Assembly: GCA_011364985.1 (NCBI GenBank)
Contig: RDOC01000001.1
Span: 32,001 to 96,000, forward strand
Direction: 5' to 3'
Length of the DNA stretch: 64,000 nt
Origin: Candidatus Thorarchaeota archaeon
GTDB taxonomy: Archaea; Asgardarchaeota; Thorarchaeia; Thorarchaeales; Thorarchaeaceae
The position numbers and the translations under genes are program-made. Below are positions 61,614 through 64,000 of the stretch, one piece after another (position 1 is the stretch's first letter; every line of letters starts with the position of its first letter). The notes below the pieces were generated by a model. That model saw nothing but the letters and a program-made list of their open reading frames with translations, did no database searches and had not been told where the DNA came from.

Positions 61614-61977
61614 TAGTCCTTACAGATGTATCTGGGGCGGGAAAGAGGATAACTGGAACGCCTTTGTAACTGGGCATTCCGCATCCATGTGTTTCCGAGC
61701 CGAGAATTGTATTGGCATGAGGACCCCACGGCATGAACACAACTCCAGGACGAGCATTTTGGTCCAACTTGGACCTCACGACCACATCTCCGAGAAGAGT
61801 CTCTAATCGTACAGCATCTCCTTCGTGAATTCCGAGGACTTCCATTGTGTTGGCATCCATTTCACATACTGCGACCGAGCTCAGATAGTCTTCACTGAGT
61901 TTGCCCAGTTCACTTGTCCTTCCCTGCTGAAGGGTTCGTCCTGAGATAAGAACCGCCTTAACGCCAACCTTCTTCAT
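61576..61977 (-). CDS. fwdD: Formylmethanofuran dehydrogenase subunit D
   Basis: LISGRTLQQG, FMPWGPHAN, GMPSYKG. Confidence 0.92.
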   Translation of the reverse strand: MKKVGVKAVLISGRTLQQGRTSELGKLSEDYLSSVAVCEMDANTMEVLGIHEGDAVRLETLLGDVVVRSKLDQNARPGVVFMPWGPHANTILGSETHGCGMPSYKGVPVILFPAPDTSVRTIDDLLHLSEGGI

Positions 61978-62196
61978 GCCGTGCCACTTCGTAACGTGAA
62001 CAGAATAGAGGTCTAAGGATGATTTGAGTTTCGTGGTTGTGGAGAATTCGGATGTTCACAGGAAGGAAGATGGATAAGATACAATACAAGCCATTTTAGC
62101 AAGGATACTCGATATCGTTGCTAGTTCGAAGCCTTTATCAGAATCGGGAAGCGGATGCGCCTCAGAAGCCTCAATCAAGAATGGAAGATGTGGACA

Positions 62197-63165
62197 ATGT
62201 CGGCAAAGAAAAAAACTCTAGTTGACCTCTATACACAGACAATCAAAATACGAAAATTCGAGGAGAAAGTTTGGGAGCTGTTTGGCCAAAACCTTGTACC
62301 AGGTACACTTCACCTCTACCTCGGTCAGGAAGCTGTTGCAGCTGGAGTGACTGCAGCATTGAAGAAGACCGATTGGATTCAGAGCACTCACAGAGGGCAT
62401 GGACACGTTATCGGCAAAGGCGCTGACATGAATTCAGCACTTGCTGAACTTTTAGGAAAGAAGACCGGCTCCTGCAAGGGAAAAGGAGGAAGTATGCACA
62501 TCACACAGTTTGACGTTGGTGTACTGGGTGCAACTGGAGTAGTTGCATCTGGGTTGCCAATTGCAGTAGGTGCCGCGTTGTCAGCAAAAATGAGAGGTAC
62601 TGATGAAGTAGTGGTCTGTTTCTTTGGAGATGGAGCATCGAACAACGGCACCTTCGGAGAGTCGCTGAATATGGCTGCAATTTGGAACCTTCCAGTAATC
62701 TGGGTAATTGAGAATAACCTGTATGCTATGGGAACCCCGATTCAACTTACATGTCCAAGTCAGAATATTGCCGACCGTGGGGCAGGATACTGTACCCCAT
62801 CAGTCGTTGTAGATGGGAATAATGCATTGGAAGTGTATGAGGCTTCTGTTGAAGCCGTTAAAAGAGCTAGAGAAGGCAAAGGTCCAAGTCTCATTGAATG
62901 CAAGACATATAGAATGAGGGGGCATTCACGTTTTGACCAAGCAAAATACAGACCGAAGGAAGAGGCCGAACATTGGTTGAATAAGGATGCTGTAGAGATT
63001 ATCAAGAAGATTGCCATCGAACAAGGCGCGCTCACAGAAAAAGAAGCTGAAAATATAGCTAAGAATCTGCAGAAAGATGTAGATAAGGCTGCAGAATTTG
63101 CCATAAAGTCGGAACTCCCAGAACCGGAAGATGCTCTGGACGATGTTTTTGCGGAGGTGGCCTAA
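62197..63165 (+). CDS. TPP-dependent 2-oxoacid/acetoin dehydrogenase E1 alpha subunit
   Basis: HLYLGQEA, HRGHGH, GKGGSMH, FFGDGA, ENNLY, TYR..GHS. Confidence 0.95.
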   Translation: MSAKKKTLVDLYTQTIKIRKFEEKVWELFGQNLVPGTLHLYLGQEAVAAGVTAALKKTDWIQSTHRGHGHVIGKGADMNSALAELLGKKTGSCKGKGGSMHITQFDVGVLGATGVVASGLPIAVGAALSAKMRGTDEVVVCFFGDGASNNGTFGESLNMAAIWNLPVIWVIENNLYAMGTPIQLTCPSQNIADRGAGYCTPSVVVDGNNALEVYEASVEAVKRAREGKGPSLIECKTYRMRGHSRFDQAKYRPKEEAEHWLNKDAVEIIKKIAIEQGALTEKEAENIAKNLQKDVDKAAEFAIKSELPEPEDALDDVFAEVA

Positions 63166-64000
63166 ATGACAGAAATGACGTATCGCGAAGCTCTGAAAGC
63201 AGGTATCAGAGAAGAGATGCTTCACGATGAAAGGGTGTTTCTGCTAGGCGAAGACATTGGAAGAAACTGGGGTGGTGCTTTCAAAGTAACAAAAGGGCTT
63301 GCTGAGGAGTTTGGCGATGAAAGAGTACGGGACACACCCATTTCAGAGAATACGATAGTAGGAGCTGCAATCGGAGCAGCGATTACTGGACTCCGCCCTA
63401 TTGCAGAAATCATGTTTGGTGACCTGATAAGCTTGGCAATGGACCAAGTTTGTAACCAAGCCGCGAAAATGCGGTTTATGTTCGGCGGCCAGACATCTGT
63501 CCCGGTTGTTGTAAGAAGCGTATTTGGAGGCGGCAAGAACATAGCATCACATCACTCGCAAAGCCTTGAAGCTTGGTTCATGCATACTCCAGGACTGAAA
63601 ATAGCCGTTCCTGCTTTCGCCTCTGATGCAAAGGGATTGATTAAGACAGCAATTAGAGACCCTAATCCCGTAATGTTCTTTGAGCACAAGCTGGTCTATG
63701 ATAAGAAAGAGGAGGTCCCTGATGAGGAGTATACAATCCCCTTTGGCGAAGCAAAGATAAGAAAAGAAGGAGCAGATGTAACAGTCTGGGGAACTTGGTT
63801 CATGCTTCACAAGGCACTAGATGTGGCCGAGGAATTGACGAAAGAGGGAATAAGCGTTGAAGTCATTGATCCGCGAACCCTCGTGCCACTTGACAAGAAG
63901 ACCCTTCTCGAATCGGTGAAAAAGACCGGTCGACTTGTACTAGTAACTGAAGAAACGAAGACAGGAGCCACAACGGCAGAGATTGCTGCCATTGTTCAGG
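63166..64000 (+). CDS. 2-oxoacid/acetoin dehydrogenase E1 beta subunit, runs off the right edge
   Basis: Manual translation: MTEMTYREAL...GEDIG...GGAFKVTKGL...DTPISE...HSQSLEAW...FFEHK...IDPRTLVPLD. Confidence 0.95.
   Translation, partial: MTEMTYREALKAGIREEMLHDERVFLLGEDIGRNWGGAFKVTKGLAEEFGDERVRDTPISENTIVGAAIGAAITGLRPIAEIMFGDLISLAMDQVCNQAAKMRFMFGGQTSVPVVVRSVFGGGKNIASHHSQSLEAWFMHTPGLKIAVPAFASDAKGLIKTAIRDPNPVMFFEHKLVYDKKEEVPDEEYTIPFGEAKIRKEGADVTVWGTWFMLHKALDVAEELTKEGISVEVIDPRTLVPLDKKTLLESVKKTGRLVLVTEETKTGATTAEIAAIVQ

Noticed and set aside
1-64000. CRISPR arrays, IS elements, integrases, reverse transcriptases, rRNA/tRNA
   Set aside because: No regularly spaced repeats or diagnostic protein motifs were recognised by eye; short or degenerate elements could have been missed

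Overview
Chromosomal window from an archaeon, most likely an Asgard archaeon of Thorarchaeia type. This is inferred from fwdDBA, a TrmB regulator, archaeal TATA/leaderless gene starts, a longin+roadblock fusion protein, an orphan multi-PAS histidine kinase and many C-terminally anchored Ig-like surface proteins. No rRNA, tRNA, CRISPR array, transposase or phage gene was recognised. Content: (i) organic-acid and amino-acid catabolism: a split methylmalonyl-CoA mutase operon (B12-binding subunit, MeaB, large subunit, epimerase), a second acyl-CoA mutase large subunit with isobutyryl-CoA-mutase-type residues near a cobalamin adenosyltransferase, a two-subunit CoA transferase, threonine aldolase, a KamA-family radical SAM enzyme with non-lysine specificity residues, a VAO/PCMH-like flavoprotein + HdrD-like pair, fwdDBA, and 2-oxoacid dehydrogenase E1 alpha/beta; (ii) seven secreted proteins (one decayed) sharing a C-terminal TM + basic tail, often Gly-kinked; (iii) a longin-roadblock gene divergent from a wHTH + long bactofilin-like gene pair; (iv) at least three clear pseudogenes; (v) several palindromic operator candidates and hairpin/U-tract terminators. 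All calls come from motif reading by eye, without database searches.
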